A DNA stretch of 35,083 nt from an uncultured archaeon. GTDB lineage: Archaea > Altiarchaeota > Altiarchaeia > IMC4 > SCGC-AAA252-I15. A program made the position numbers and the translations under genes. Below, piece by piece: positions 1 to 9,040 of the stretch. The notes beneath the pieces are model-generated. The model had not been told where the DNA came from, ran no database searches, and was given only the letters and a program-made list of their open reading frames with translations. The DNA lies in NCBI GenBank assembly GCA_964587725.1, contig CAZPLO010000007.1, forward strand, positions 1-35,083, given 5' to 3'. Every line of letters begins with the position of its first letter. Positions within the stretch are counted from its first letter, which is position 1.

Positions 1-3000
1 CCCGCCGGAGCCGGAAAACACCACCTCAGTATTCTGCTGCTCGGCATAATATTGCTTTCAGCAACAGCACACATCCCCGGCGAGGGGTCCGCTCAAGGAG
101 GCACCGAAAAAGCAGGGGACGCAGTCCAAAACACGGTGACCATGAACATCAGGGAGTTCAAGGGAACCTTCCTGCCGCTGCTGTTCGGACGGTCGGCCGC
201 ACTGCCCTTCAGCAACGTATCCTTCGACAACGTGTACAACGCAAACCACCCCCTGGTACAGAGGATGGGGAGGATCATACTGGAGCTCCTGATACCCATA
301 TACATGATACTCATACTGCTCACGGGGATGTATTACATCTGGGGTGCGATGTCCCCCAGAACCAGGTCGCATGCGAAGACCATGCTGCAGAAACTTGTGA
401 TGGGCATGGTAGCCTGCAGTATCGCCTTTCCCCTGTTCAACATGGCCTTCGACCTCAACAACTTCATAGTCGCGTCCATACTGTCCGTTGAAACCTCGTC
501 CGGAAGCAGGGTGGTTCCGACATGGTGGGGGCCGGTAACCGGCTTCTACAGCGCAGCGCCCGGTCTGGCCGTGGCAGGGGGGATCATAGCGTTGATAGGC
601 GCACTGACGTTCGGGGTGGGGTGGATGTTCATAATAGGGCTGGTGTGCATGCTGATAGCGTTAATGTTCATGCCCTACCTGATTCTCTCCTTCAGGAACG
701 TGCTGCTCCTGGTTTTGGCCATCTTCTTCCCCATGACCATATTCTTCATGTCCTTCGACTTCCTGAAGGGGCTGGGGTACAAGCTGTTCAAGACCACCAT
801 GACCTGGATTTTCATCCCCGTCCCCATGGCCATATTCATACTGCTCTCCAACCTGCTGATAAGGTCCCTACTCTCGGTGTTGGGTCCGTCACCCTCCAAC
901 CTATTCGGCATAGCCGATTTCGTAGGCCTGTCCTTCGCGGCATTCGCCGCATGGGCTCTCGTCGGGATGGCGCCTATGATGATGACCAGCTTGATGAGGA
1001 TAGCGGGCGGCGCATTCATCTACGTCGGACAGGCCGGCGGCAGCACAAAATTGAGTTTCATGGGATTCGTCATGCAGGGGTACAGTGCGGGTGCGCTTAC
1101 CCAGGCGGCGTTCCAGTCCCAGCGGATGCAGTCCCGCGGAATCAGCCAGCGCGAGACCGCGGAAAAATACGACAGCCACATAGGCGCCATGGGCAGCGGA
1201 GCGCCCACCGCAGTCGACGCCGCCCAACCTCCTCCCCCGTACGCCGAGCAGAAGGCCATCAAGGGACGGGACGTGTTCGGTTTGGGTACGCTGTTCGGCG
1301 CCGAAAAAGACAGTACTGGGATGCCCCGCGCCAGCATGGGCACCGCGCCGGAGGCGAACTACGTGAGCGGGGTAGAATATGCCAGAAGCCGGGCGGCGGA
1401 GGCGGCCGCCAAGGGAGACAAGAGGGATGCCCGCAGGTGGCGGAGAGTGGCCAGGGCCCAGAGGATGAAGGTGGCGGCGGCTCCAGCTGGCAAGTTCCTG
1501 CGGAACATGATGAGGCAGACCATAGGGAAAACCGCTGTTGGGAAGGCGCTGATACAGGCTTCATGGAATATGACAGGGTATTGGGAGAAGGACTCGAAGA
1601 CGGGGAAGAGGGTTTTCAACTACGGATGGATGAGCTACGGAGGCATGTCCCGGGGCGCCAAGAAGGCGGCGGCCGGCTCATACGAAGGGTTTAACGATGG
1701 GGGGGTGAAAGGGAAGGGCACCCCCCCTGCCGTGAAGGCGGCCATCACCGCCGCAGGCATAGCCCTCCCCGCAGCCATCCTCGCAGCCCCTATCATAGGA
1801 GGTGCTGGGTTGGGGCTGAGTCTCATAGGCGGAGCCGCACTGGCAACCGGGATAGGAACACACATAGCAGGAGGGATGGGGGGGAAAGCCAAGGAGCGAA
1901 TGGACAAAGGGGAAAGCCAGGGGTTGGATGAAACAGACTCGTATGTGAGGGGGAAGTACCAGGATAAGACGGCGGCCGACAACGCAACCCGGAAAACCAT
2001 GGTAGATTCCATGGGCCGCGGGAAAAAGAACGAGGAAATAGGGAGGGCGTTGGACGACTTCAGAAAAGCCAAGACCGACAGCAACATAGGATACTTGAAC
2101 TCCCACCTAGACGACCTCCCAGACGAGAAGAGACTAATCCACGACAGGACCAGGGCCGAGATGGGCAAGAAATACGACGCGGAAAACGGGGAAGGCGCCT
2201 GGGCTGAACTTGGGGAAAGCGAACAGGATAAGTGGATGAATGGGAGAAGCGAGGAATACAATAGAGAATTCAACCAGCAGCTCAGTAGACGCGCTGGAGA
2301 ACTTGACGTAGCCGACCCGAATGATTTCATGGGCGCTTACCTGGACCAGCGACCCGATGAACGGGAGGTCTTTGATGAGAGGGTTAGTGAGGGGATGGGC
2401 AAGAAATACGACGCGGAAAACGGGGAAGGCGCCTGGGCTGAACTAGATGGGAGTCAGCAGACTGAGTGGATGACGGGGCATGCAGACTACCAAGATGAAG
2501 TGAAAAAACAGGCTGGAAAACGGGTTGGGGAGCTGGAGAACGGAGAGTTCGCAGTGAATGACAAGTGGGCTCGGCGGGAGAGGGAGGCTGGGAGACGGGC
2601 TGAACTGGCGGACCACATGACCTCCGGCCTCAGCAAAAAACAGATGGACGAGCTGGTGGGCGGAAAGAGGAAAGAATTATTGGACGGTGAAGCGAGGGGG
2701 ATGGCGTTCAGGGATAATAAGGTTTGGAGCCAGCTGGGGGAACGCGAGCAGGAGACATACAGGAGGGAAGCCATTGGGGCGCGAGCGCGGAAGCTGGCTT
2801 CTGCGGAAGGCAAGGACTTTAACCGGTTAGGGGCCGATGAGAGAATAGGCTACATGGACAGGGCGAAAGCCGACGTCAACCGCGCCGCGGAAGCGCAGGC
2901 GAAAAGACACCTGTATGAGACGGGTAGGGATAACGCGTGGGATGCAGTGGACCAGGACAAGAGGTCAAAGTACGCCGACATGGTGTGGGACGGACTGTCC

Positions 3001-3303
3001 GACCGCCAGAGGAAAACATACATGGAGACCGCGAGAGACCGGCTTGGGGCGAGTGACAACAGAGTGGTTGAATACGAAGCCAAGGCGGAGGCCGCCAAAG
3101 ACTCCGCGCTGCTGCAGCGGGAATACGTATGGGACAAGGAGTCGATGAGGGGGGGGAAGAAGGCTTCATCGAAGGCATCCGGTGAGAAAGACCACCGGGA
3201 ACTGGACATGGCCCGGCTGGAGGACGCGAAAAACACAGCATACCGGAGCCATGACATGTGGGAGGACGACATGTGGAAAGAAGGTGAAGACGGTGTGGAT
3301 TGA
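1..3303 (+). CDS. Giant polytopic membrane protein, VirB6/TrbL/CedA-like N-terminal core plus repeat-rich charged helical tail (5'-partial)
   Basis: The frame is open from base 1 (PAGAGKHHLSILLLGIILLSATAH, signal-peptide-like), so the true start lies upstream of the window. There are about 7-8 hydrophobic segments in the first ~330 aa, including G-x-Y-Y..SPRTRSHAK..L..LVMG and R...L.VLAIFFPMTIFF..F..LKGLG motifs, a Gly/Ala hydrophobic hairpin at ~1740-1880, and a long acidic/basic tail. The family assignment is inferred from topology and motifs. Confidence 0.6.
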   Translation, partial: PAGAGKHHLSILLLGIILLSATAHIPGEGSAQGGTEKAGDAVQNTVTMNIREFKGTFLPLLFGRSAALPFSNVSFDNVYNANHPLVQRMGRIILELLIPIYMILILLTGMYYIWGAMSPRTRSHAKTMLQKLVMGMVACSIAFPLFNMAFDLNNFIVASILSVETSSGSRVVPTWWGPVTGFYSAAPGLAVAGGIIALIGALTFGVGWMFIIGLVCMLIALMFMPYLILSFRNVLLLVLAIFFPMTIFFMSFDFLKGLGYKLFKTTMTWIFIPVPMAIFILLSNLLIRSLLSVLGPSPSNLFGIADFVGLSFAAFAAWALVGMAPMMMTSLMRIAGGAFIYVGQAGGSTKLSFMGFVMQGYSAGALTQAAFQSQRMQSRGISQRETAEKYDSHIGAMGSGAPTAVDAAQPPPPYAEQKAIKGRDVFGLGTLFGAEKDSTGMPRASMGTAPEANYVSGVEYARSRAAEAAAKGDKRDARRWRRVARAQRMKVAAAPAGKFLRNMMRQTIGKTAVGKALIQASWNMTGYWEKDSKTGKRVFNYGWMSYGGMSRGAKKAAAGSYEGFNDGGVKGKGTPPAVKAAITAAGIALPAAILAAPIIGGAGLGLSLIGGAALATGIGTHIAGGMGGKAKERMDKGESQGLDETDSYVRGKYQDKTAADNATRKTMVDSMGRGKKNEEIGRALDDFRKAKTDSNIGYLNSHLDDLPDEKRLIHDRTRAEMGKKYDAENGEGAWAELGESEQDKWMNGRSEEYNREFNQQLSRRAGELDVADPNDFMGAYLDQRPDEREVFDERVSEGMGKKYDAENGEGAWAELDGSQQTEWMTGHADYQDEVKKQAGKRVGELENGEFAVNDKWARREREAGRRAELADHMTSGLSKKQMDELVGGKRKELLDGEARGMAFRDNKVWSQLGEREQETYRREAIGARARKLASAEGKDFNRLGADERIGYMDRAKADVNRAAEAQAKRHLYETGRDNAWDAVDQDKRSKYADMVWDGLSDRQRKTYMETARDRLGASDNRVVEYEAKAEAAKDSALLQREYVWDKESMRGGKKASSKASGEKDHRELDMARLEDAKNTAYRSHDMWEDDMWKEGEDGVD
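2160..2444 (+). repeat. Intragenic direct repeat: identical 51-bp copies (2160-2210 and 2394-2444) inside a diverged 78-aa tandem duplication
   Basis: gatgggcaagaaatacgacgcggaaaacggggaaggcgcctgggctgaact occurs twice, 234 bp apart, encoding MGKKYDAENGEGAWAEL. Confidence 0.95.
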
Positions 3304-3328
3304 GAATACAGACGGCGGAGGGGGGAGG

Positions 3329-6300
3329 TTGGTTGACCGTCGGAATCTAACGTTGGCTGCATCAGCCCTGCTGATTCTTCTGGTGGCGGCACCGTACGCG
3401 AACGCCGACGCCAGTTCATGGATTATGAAGATGCTGTTATCCCCCACCTACGCCCTCGTGGAGTATATTGCAGCCAAGATAGCGGAGGGCGCCAGCAACA
3501 TGCTGGTGGTCATGGCGGCGTTCATCCAGATAAACCCGTGCGTTTACTCGACCGGAACGTCCTGCCCAGACTACCAGATGGTGACCCCCAAGGGTTCTGT
3601 GACGTGGTCGATGCCGTTGGACCCGGGGATCAGGGACATAAACGTGACCCTCATGCAGATGCTTCAGCTGTGGTATATCTTCGCCATAGTGGTGGTGGGT
3701 GCCTATCTTATCTTCATGGCCGGCTCCCCCCACGGACGGTCCAACGCCAAAGACGCCTTCATCCGACTCATAATAGGCATGATCCTGGTATCCCAGTCCC
3801 CCGTCATATTCCAGTTCATGATAGACCTGGTGAAGTTCCTCACCGAAAGCCTGATGGGCGAAGTCGGGGGCGGGAAGGACATGTCCGCGTTCTTCAAAAG
3901 CACCAAGTTCCTGTGCAGCAACATGTGCCTCCTCCTCACGGCGGTGTCGGCAACATTCATCGCGGCAATCAGATATTTCATGGTCTACGCCATGGCGTCC
4001 CTGTTCCCTTTAACGCTGTTCCTCTACTTCACCGACATACCCAACCCGTTCTTCTCCACCAGAGGCCTTGGGACCAGGCTGCTGCGGTTCACCATACTAC
4101 TGTTCATCGTTCAGCTGCTTCAGGTAGTGTTCATTGCGGTGGCGTTCGCCCTCACTCAGACGTCCGGAGGGGGTTTCGTGGCCAACATCCTCGACATGCT
4201 GCTGATTATAGGCGCCTACTTCGGCGTATTGTACACGCCCATGATAGGGTTGAAGCTTATGGCGTGGGTTGGTGCGGTGCTGCACCTTTATTCGACTAGA
4301 GGACAGGGAGACTTCACCCGCTTCATCGCCACGTGGATGAGGACAGGCAGAATATCCAATGCCCTTGTGACCGCCAGCGGCCAGTACATGATAGGCCACA
4401 ACATGGGAGACCACGCCGGGGGGGAATCATCCGGTCCCAGTTCACCGTTCAGATACGGCGTCGCAGACGGGTTCGGGAAAGCATTCAGCGCACCCGGCGT
4501 GTCACCGTATCTGAGCCGGAGGGGATACTCCGCCCCCAGAGGCCTGGGGTCTGCCAGGGCCATGGGCGCGTTGGGCGTCGCAGGAACCGGCAGAAGCATG
4601 TACACGCCATCCGTATTCTCCAGGGCCCCTGGAGGGCAGGGGAGAGGCGCCCACCCCGTAAAGCACAGGGGAGTGGGATCCGGCACAGCAGAGGCGGTCT
4701 CACATTCAACATCTCATACGGAGATGGACATTAGAGGCGGTGGCACACTAGTTGATATGACAGACGGAGGGCTTCAGACTGCCACAACATTCACGGACAA
4801 GGGTAGGGTTGTGAGACAGGAGTTCGAGCCTGGGGGTACCTCAACCCGTGACCGGCGGAGGAGTAAGCAGGGTGGAGGCAACGTCCGCAGGCGAGAGATG
4901 GTGGGGGCCAGGTTGGACAGGAGGCGGGGCGCCGCAGTGGGACAGCATATGGCCGCGAAAGGAGTCGCACCGCCTGCCGCGGGGGAGGCGCCTGCCGCTC
5001 CGGCAGCCCCCGCCGGCGGAGGAGGGGGGAGCAGGATGCCCGCAGGAGGCACCGGCGGGCCAAGCGGAGCCGCCGGACCCGGTAGCGCTACCCCAGGTAC
5101 TCCGGGCGGAACAGCGGCGGTCGTTGCAACCGCCGCAGCAGCCGGAGGACGGGCAATGTCGGCGGAGGAGCGAGCCGAGGACAGGAAAACCCAGCGCGAC
5201 ATAATGAATGCGTGGAGGGACTGGGATAAACTCGGTGAAGAGGAGCGGCGGAAGACGGAAGATGCTACCAGAGAGTGGGTTAAAAAATACTATGCCAGGA
5301 TGCGCGGCGGCAAACCCGAAGACCATGGCAGAGCGGCGGACCGGAGTGTGAAAAACTTAAGGGACTTCCACACACTCAAGGCGAAGGCCGCGGGAGACCC
5401 CGGCGACTACGCGGCCGGGCAGGCCGTGGAGATGGACAGGCGCCTGGACGACATGGCGGGCAGGGGCGAAGATGAACGAGGACACCTTGAAGGTCCGCTG
5501 GCCGCGAAGACTAACATCCTCGGCCTCGCAGACAAACACGACGGCAACATGACGGAGATGTTCAAACGGGAGGACCCCAACAGCATATTAGCCAAGGCGG
5601 CGGCGGCCGACCCGGAATACACAACAACAGACCAGCAGATACGGGAGAAGGTGTCGGCCAGGATGCCAGCGCCCGACGCCGGAATCGAGAGGCCGCTTAC
5701 CCGGCCGACTGTGGATGAGATAATGGACGAGGCCCTGGCGGAGGATGTCGTGCGCAGCGCCAGAATAAACGGCGATGAGATACACGGTATGAAGCTGACA
5801 AACGAGATGCTGCTGGAGCACGGGATGCAACCCAGGTACAGGATAGACCTGGGCGAGGAGAGGGTGTGGTTGTCTTCGGAGGCATTCGTCGTACACAACG
5901 AAAGGAGGGCTGTGATAGCGTACGTGGAGAGGGGGGGTGAAACATTTGTCAGGACATATTACAGGAGCAACTCACAGGATGTGTGGAGGTACCTGCCGGA
6001 GTACCGTCTAGAAGAAGGTGAGATTAAATGGTACAGTAAGGCCTTCAGTGAAGACTCCATAACACTGCCCATCAGCATACAGAAGGCACTGGCCAAAATC
6101 CCCACAGACGAAGCGTCGGTCAGGAGATTCGACGACCCCCGGATGCGCGATGTTTTCTTTGCCGGAACCGCGAAGAAGCTTACGGGAGACAGGCAGCCTG
6201 GTTTCACGCTGACTGAGATTAATCAGAGGCCGGATAAACTGGAGGGCAGCTTCTATGGAAAAGTCAGCCCGGAAAACATCGTGTTCAGCAACCCAGACGA

Positions 6301-7498
6301 CAGACCAGACTTCAACGCAGGCCTGGTGGACGGGTGGGTTCAGAGGGACTCCCCCATCTACGGGGAGACGAATGTTGAAGTCTTCCAGTCCAAAAACGGC
6401 AGATACGCTTACATGATGTGCAGCGACGGCGAAGGGCGGGCATGGGTCGGCGGAGTGGAGGATTTGACGAGCCCCATAACATCCACGGGACTTAGGAAAA
6501 ACTGGATATACGGGGGCAACTTAAACACGCCGGTATTCGAGTACGATACACAGGACGGAGGATACGGCGGAGAACGGCATCCCGTCTACCATGGATATAA
6601 GGACATGATGGAGGGATACCACAGTAAAGTAGGAGTCATAAGGGACTACCTGACATACAAGGCAGTCGGCAGGGTCGCGGAGCCGCAGGCACCATCGTCG
6701 CCCGCAACAATTGAAGGGTTGAGGCAGGCAACGACAAGCCGGGAGTTCGTAGAGCTGACCCACACGCTAAAGGGACAACACGCAACAATCACTGGGAGGG
6801 AGGACGAGGGTCTGGAAATCCTGGGAGGCACTGTAGACGGATACAACAGGCGTGCGTTAACAGTGAAGAACCGCTCCGGAGAGTCAACGCAGATAACCCT
6901 GAACGAGGTCACCGGCATACAGGAGCCAAATGCTGCAGCACCAGCTGTGGCGAAATTGGAGGAAACTCTGAGGAGGGGGAGGATGTCTGAGGAGGCGATA
7001 GAACGCGTCCACGAAGTAGTAGAAACCGAGGAGGAAGCTGGTGAGGTGACGCGGCTGGTGCGGAACGCCAAGGAGAAGGGCGTGTCTACGGAGACGATAA
7101 GCGAGGTGTTGAGACAGTCAACCAGTTACGCGATGATAAGGAAAGGCCTCGAAGAGGACGTATTTGAGAAGGATTATGCGGTTGCTGAAGAAGAATACGG
7201 TGTTGCGCCGACGGAAGCCACGGTGAAATCAGAGCCCCCGGATGCTGGTGAAAGGCCCTCCGAACCAAGGAAAACAGGGGGAAAACCACCTGCCACAGAG
7301 GTCAAAGAGAAGACGCCAGGAGACGCCGAGCCCCCGGAACAGCCGAAGCCCGACGGCCAAGACCTGAAGGCGATGGCGAGGATTCGGGCAGAGTACATGC
7401 GGGAGAAGGAACGGAGGGAGAAAGAACAAGGGGAAAAGGAGAAAGCCCAGGAACAAAAGAAGAAAAAAGAGGATGAGGATGAAGGGGGGGAAGACTGA
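3329..7498 (+). CDS. Second giant VirB6/TrbL/CedA-like membrane protein with multi-domain C-terminal tail
   Basis: Probable TTG start at 3329 after GGAGGGGGGAGG; signal peptide MVDRRNLTLAASALLILLVAAPYANA. The TM core aligns with the upstream gene (GAYLIFMAGSPHGRSNAKDAFIRLIIGM; RYFMVYAMASLFPLTLFLYF...RGLGTRLL). It is followed by a G/A/P linker, a globular domain at ~5700-6665 and a charged C-terminus. Confidence 0.6.
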   Translation: MVDRRNLTLAASALLILLVAAPYANADASSWIMKMLLSPTYALVEYIAAKIAEGASNMLVVMAAFIQINPCVYSTGTSCPDYQMVTPKGSVTWSMPLDPGIRDINVTLMQMLQLWYIFAIVVVGAYLIFMAGSPHGRSNAKDAFIRLIIGMILVSQSPVIFQFMIDLVKFLTESLMGEVGGGKDMSAFFKSTKFLCSNMCLLLTAVSATFIAAIRYFMVYAMASLFPLTLFLYFTDIPNPFFSTRGLGTRLLRFTILLFIVQLLQVVFIAVAFALTQTSGGGFVANILDMLLIIGAYFGVLYTPMIGLKLMAWVGAVLHLYSTRGQGDFTRFIATWMRTGRISNALVTASGQYMIGHNMGDHAGGESSGPSSPFRYGVADGFGKAFSAPGVSPYLSRRGYSAPRGLGSARAMGALGVAGTGRSMYTPSVFSRAPGGQGRGAHPVKHRGVGSGTAEAVSHSTSHTEMDIRGGGTLVDMTDGGLQTATTFTDKGRVVRQEFEPGGTSTRDRRRSKQGGGNVRRREMVGARLDRRRGAAVGQHMAAKGVAPPAAGEAPAAPAAPAGGGGGSRMPAGGTGGPSGAAGPGSATPGTPGGTAAVVATAAAAGGRAMSAEERAEDRKTQRDIMNAWRDWDKLGEEERRKTEDATREWVKKYYARMRGGKPEDHGRAADRSVKNLRDFHTLKAKAAGDPGDYAAGQAVEMDRRLDDMAGRGEDERGHLEGPLAAKTNILGLADKHDGNMTEMFKREDPNSILAKAAAADPEYTTTDQQIREKVSARMPAPDAGIERPLTRPTVDEIMDEALAEDVVRSARINGDEIHGMKLTNEMLLEHGMQPRYRIDLGEERVWLSSEAFVVHNERRAVIAYVERGGETFVRTYYRSNSQDVWRYLPEYRLEEGEIKWYSKAFSEDSITLPISIQKALAKIPTDEASVRRFDDPRMRDVFFAGTAKKLTGDRQPGFTLTEINQRPDKLEGSFYGKVSPENIVFSNPDDRPDFNAGLVDGWVQRDSPIYGETNVEVFQSKNGRYAYMMCSDGEGRAWVGGVEDLTSPITSTGLRKNWIYGGNLNTPVFEYDTQDGGYGGERHPVYHGYKDMMEGYHSKVGVIRDYLTYKAVGRVAEPQAPSSPATIEGLRQATTSREFVELTHTLKGQHATITGREDEGLEILGGTVDGYNRRALTVKNRSGESTQITLNEVTGIQEPNAAAPAVAKLEETLRRGRMSEEAIERVHEVVETEEEAGEVTRLVRNAKEKGVSTETISEVLRQSTSYAMIRKGLEEDVFEKDYAVAEEEYGVAPTEATVKSEPPDAGERPSEPRKTGGKPPATEVKEKTPGDAEPPEQPKPDGQDLKAMARIRAEYMREKERREKEQGEKEKAQEQKKKKEDEDEGGED

Positions 7499-9004
7499 TC
7501 AGGTGACTTCCCCTAGTATGACTCCGCCGACGCTCAGCGGCTGCGTGTCTGCGGCGACCTGTATGGCGTAGTCGAGTTTACTTTCGCTGTTTGAATATAT
7601 GGTGAAGAGTTTACCGCCTTTCTCCACCCGGTCGCCGAGTGTGGCGTGCAAGTATATTCCTGCGCCGCGGTCTTTGGGTGCGCCGGCGGCCCGCGCCACC
7701 TTAGCAACTAATTTGTTGTCTATGAAACGGACTTTCCCGGTGATTTCGGATGTGACTTCAAATGATTTGTCGCCGACTGGGACGTCCTCCGGCCTGACCT
7801 TCGGGTTGCCGCCCTGGGCTTCGATGATTTCGCGCATCTTCTCCAGCGCCTTACCAGAGTTCAGCAGTTGTTCGGCGTATGTTCTGCCGCCGCCGGGCTT
7901 GACCTTACCCGACAACTCCAGCAAAACAGAGCAGAGGTCCAGGCTCTTGTTAACCAAATCCGTCGGTCCCTTCCCCTCCAACGCCATCATGCAGTCCCGG
8001 GCCTCCAATGCGGGGCCGATGCCGTTTCCTATCGGGCTGCTGCCGTCGGTGACCACGCATTTGGTCTTAATCTCCAGACGCTTCCCCAACTTGATGAACT
8101 TGCGGGCTAACTCGTTGGCGCGCTCCATGTCGTCGAGTTTCGCGCCCCTCCCCACCGGTATGTCGATGACCAGGTAGTCTGAGCCCACGCTCTTCTTCTT
8201 CGCCATCACGCTCGCCAGCACCTGACCCTCAGGGTCGATTGAAAGCGGGTATTCGACGCGTATTATCTTGTCGTCTGCGGGGGCAAGGTTGACGGAGCCG
8301 CCCCAGACTATGCACCCGCCTATGCTGTTGACTATGTTCTGCAGCTCCTCGATGCTGAACTCCACGCCCGCCAAACACTCCATCGTGTCGGCGGTGCCCG
8401 CCGGCGAGGTTATGGCGCGGGAGCTGGTCTTAGGCATAGTCAACCCCGCAGCCGCTATTATCGGCACCATCACCATGGTGGTGCGGTTGCCTGCGACGCC
8501 GCCGATGCAGTGTTTGTCCACCACCTCGTCGCCGAAGTCGATTTGGTCGCCTGTTTCAACCATCGCCTGCGTCAACGCCACCGTCTCGTCCATGTCGTAG
8601 CCGTTTATGTAGGCGGAGACCATCAACGCAGTCAACTCGATGTCGGACAGGTTGTTGTCGACTATGTCCTGGACGATGGAGGTTATTTCGTGGCCGTGGA
8701 GGTGCTGGCCGTGCATCTTCTTCTTGATGAACTCGATGCTTTTGGGGCTGGAGGCGGCGCTTATGTCCACGATGTCGCCGGAATTCAAATCCAGCATCTC
8801 CTTAACCTCCTCGAAGATGCCTATCTCCCCCTCCGGCACCAGGGTGGTGGTTGCGTCGATTATGGCTGAAACCGCGCACTTGCTTTCATTGCATATCTTG
8901 ATTCTGTCGCCTATGTGGACGCCCAAGTCCTTCATGTCCTCTTCGTTGAGGACCACTATGGGTTTGCCGGTCTCGATCTCGTACAAATCGACTTTAACTT
9001 TCAT
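7499..9004 (-). CDS. deoA: AMP phosphorylase (archaeal thymidine phosphorylase family)
   Basis: 501 aa with the extra N-terminal domain, DKHCIGGVAGNRTT, PKTSSRAITSPAGTADTME, NLAPADDKIIRVEYPLSIDP, GIGPALEARD. Confidence 0.95.
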   Translation of the reverse strand: MKVKVDLYEIETGKPIVVLNEEDMKDLGVHIGDRIKICNESKCAVSAIIDATTTLVPEGEIGIFEEVKEMLDLNSGDIVDISAASSPKSIEFIKKKMHGQHLHGHEITSIVQDIVDNNLSDIELTALMVSAYINGYDMDETVALTQAMVETGDQIDFGDEVVDKHCIGGVAGNRTTMVMVPIIAAAGLTMPKTSSRAITSPAGTADTMECLAGVEFSIEELQNIVNSIGGCIVWGGSVNLAPADDKIIRVEYPLSIDPEGQVLASVMAKKKSVGSDYLVIDIPVGRGAKLDDMERANELARKFIKLGKRLEIKTKCVVTDGSSPIGNGIGPALEARDCMMALEGKGPTDLVNKSLDLCSVLLELSGKVKPGGGRTYAEQLLNSGKALEKMREIIEAQGGNPKVRPEDVPVGDKSFEVTSEITGKVRFIDNKLVAKVARAAGAPKDRGAGIYLHATLGDRVEKGGKLFTIYSNSESKLDYAIQVAADTQPLSVGGVILGEVT

Positions 9005-9040
9005 GTGGAATACAGATTAGCTCCAGGATAATAAATACTG

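Noticed and set aside
522-1694. 390-aa alternative-frame ORF, and similarly 3418-4299
   Set aside because: Off-frame shadows of GC-rich genes with Arg/His/Gly-biased composition and no motifs
2160-2444. CRISPR-like or att-site repeats
   Set aside because: Only two copies, 51 bp long, in frame within a protein repeat, with no cas or integrase genes
3182-3328. Upstream extension of ORF2 overlapping ORF1 (possible frameshift fusion)
   Set aside because: A signal peptide and SD sequence point to a start at 3329, no slippery site is evident, and each gene has its own TM core
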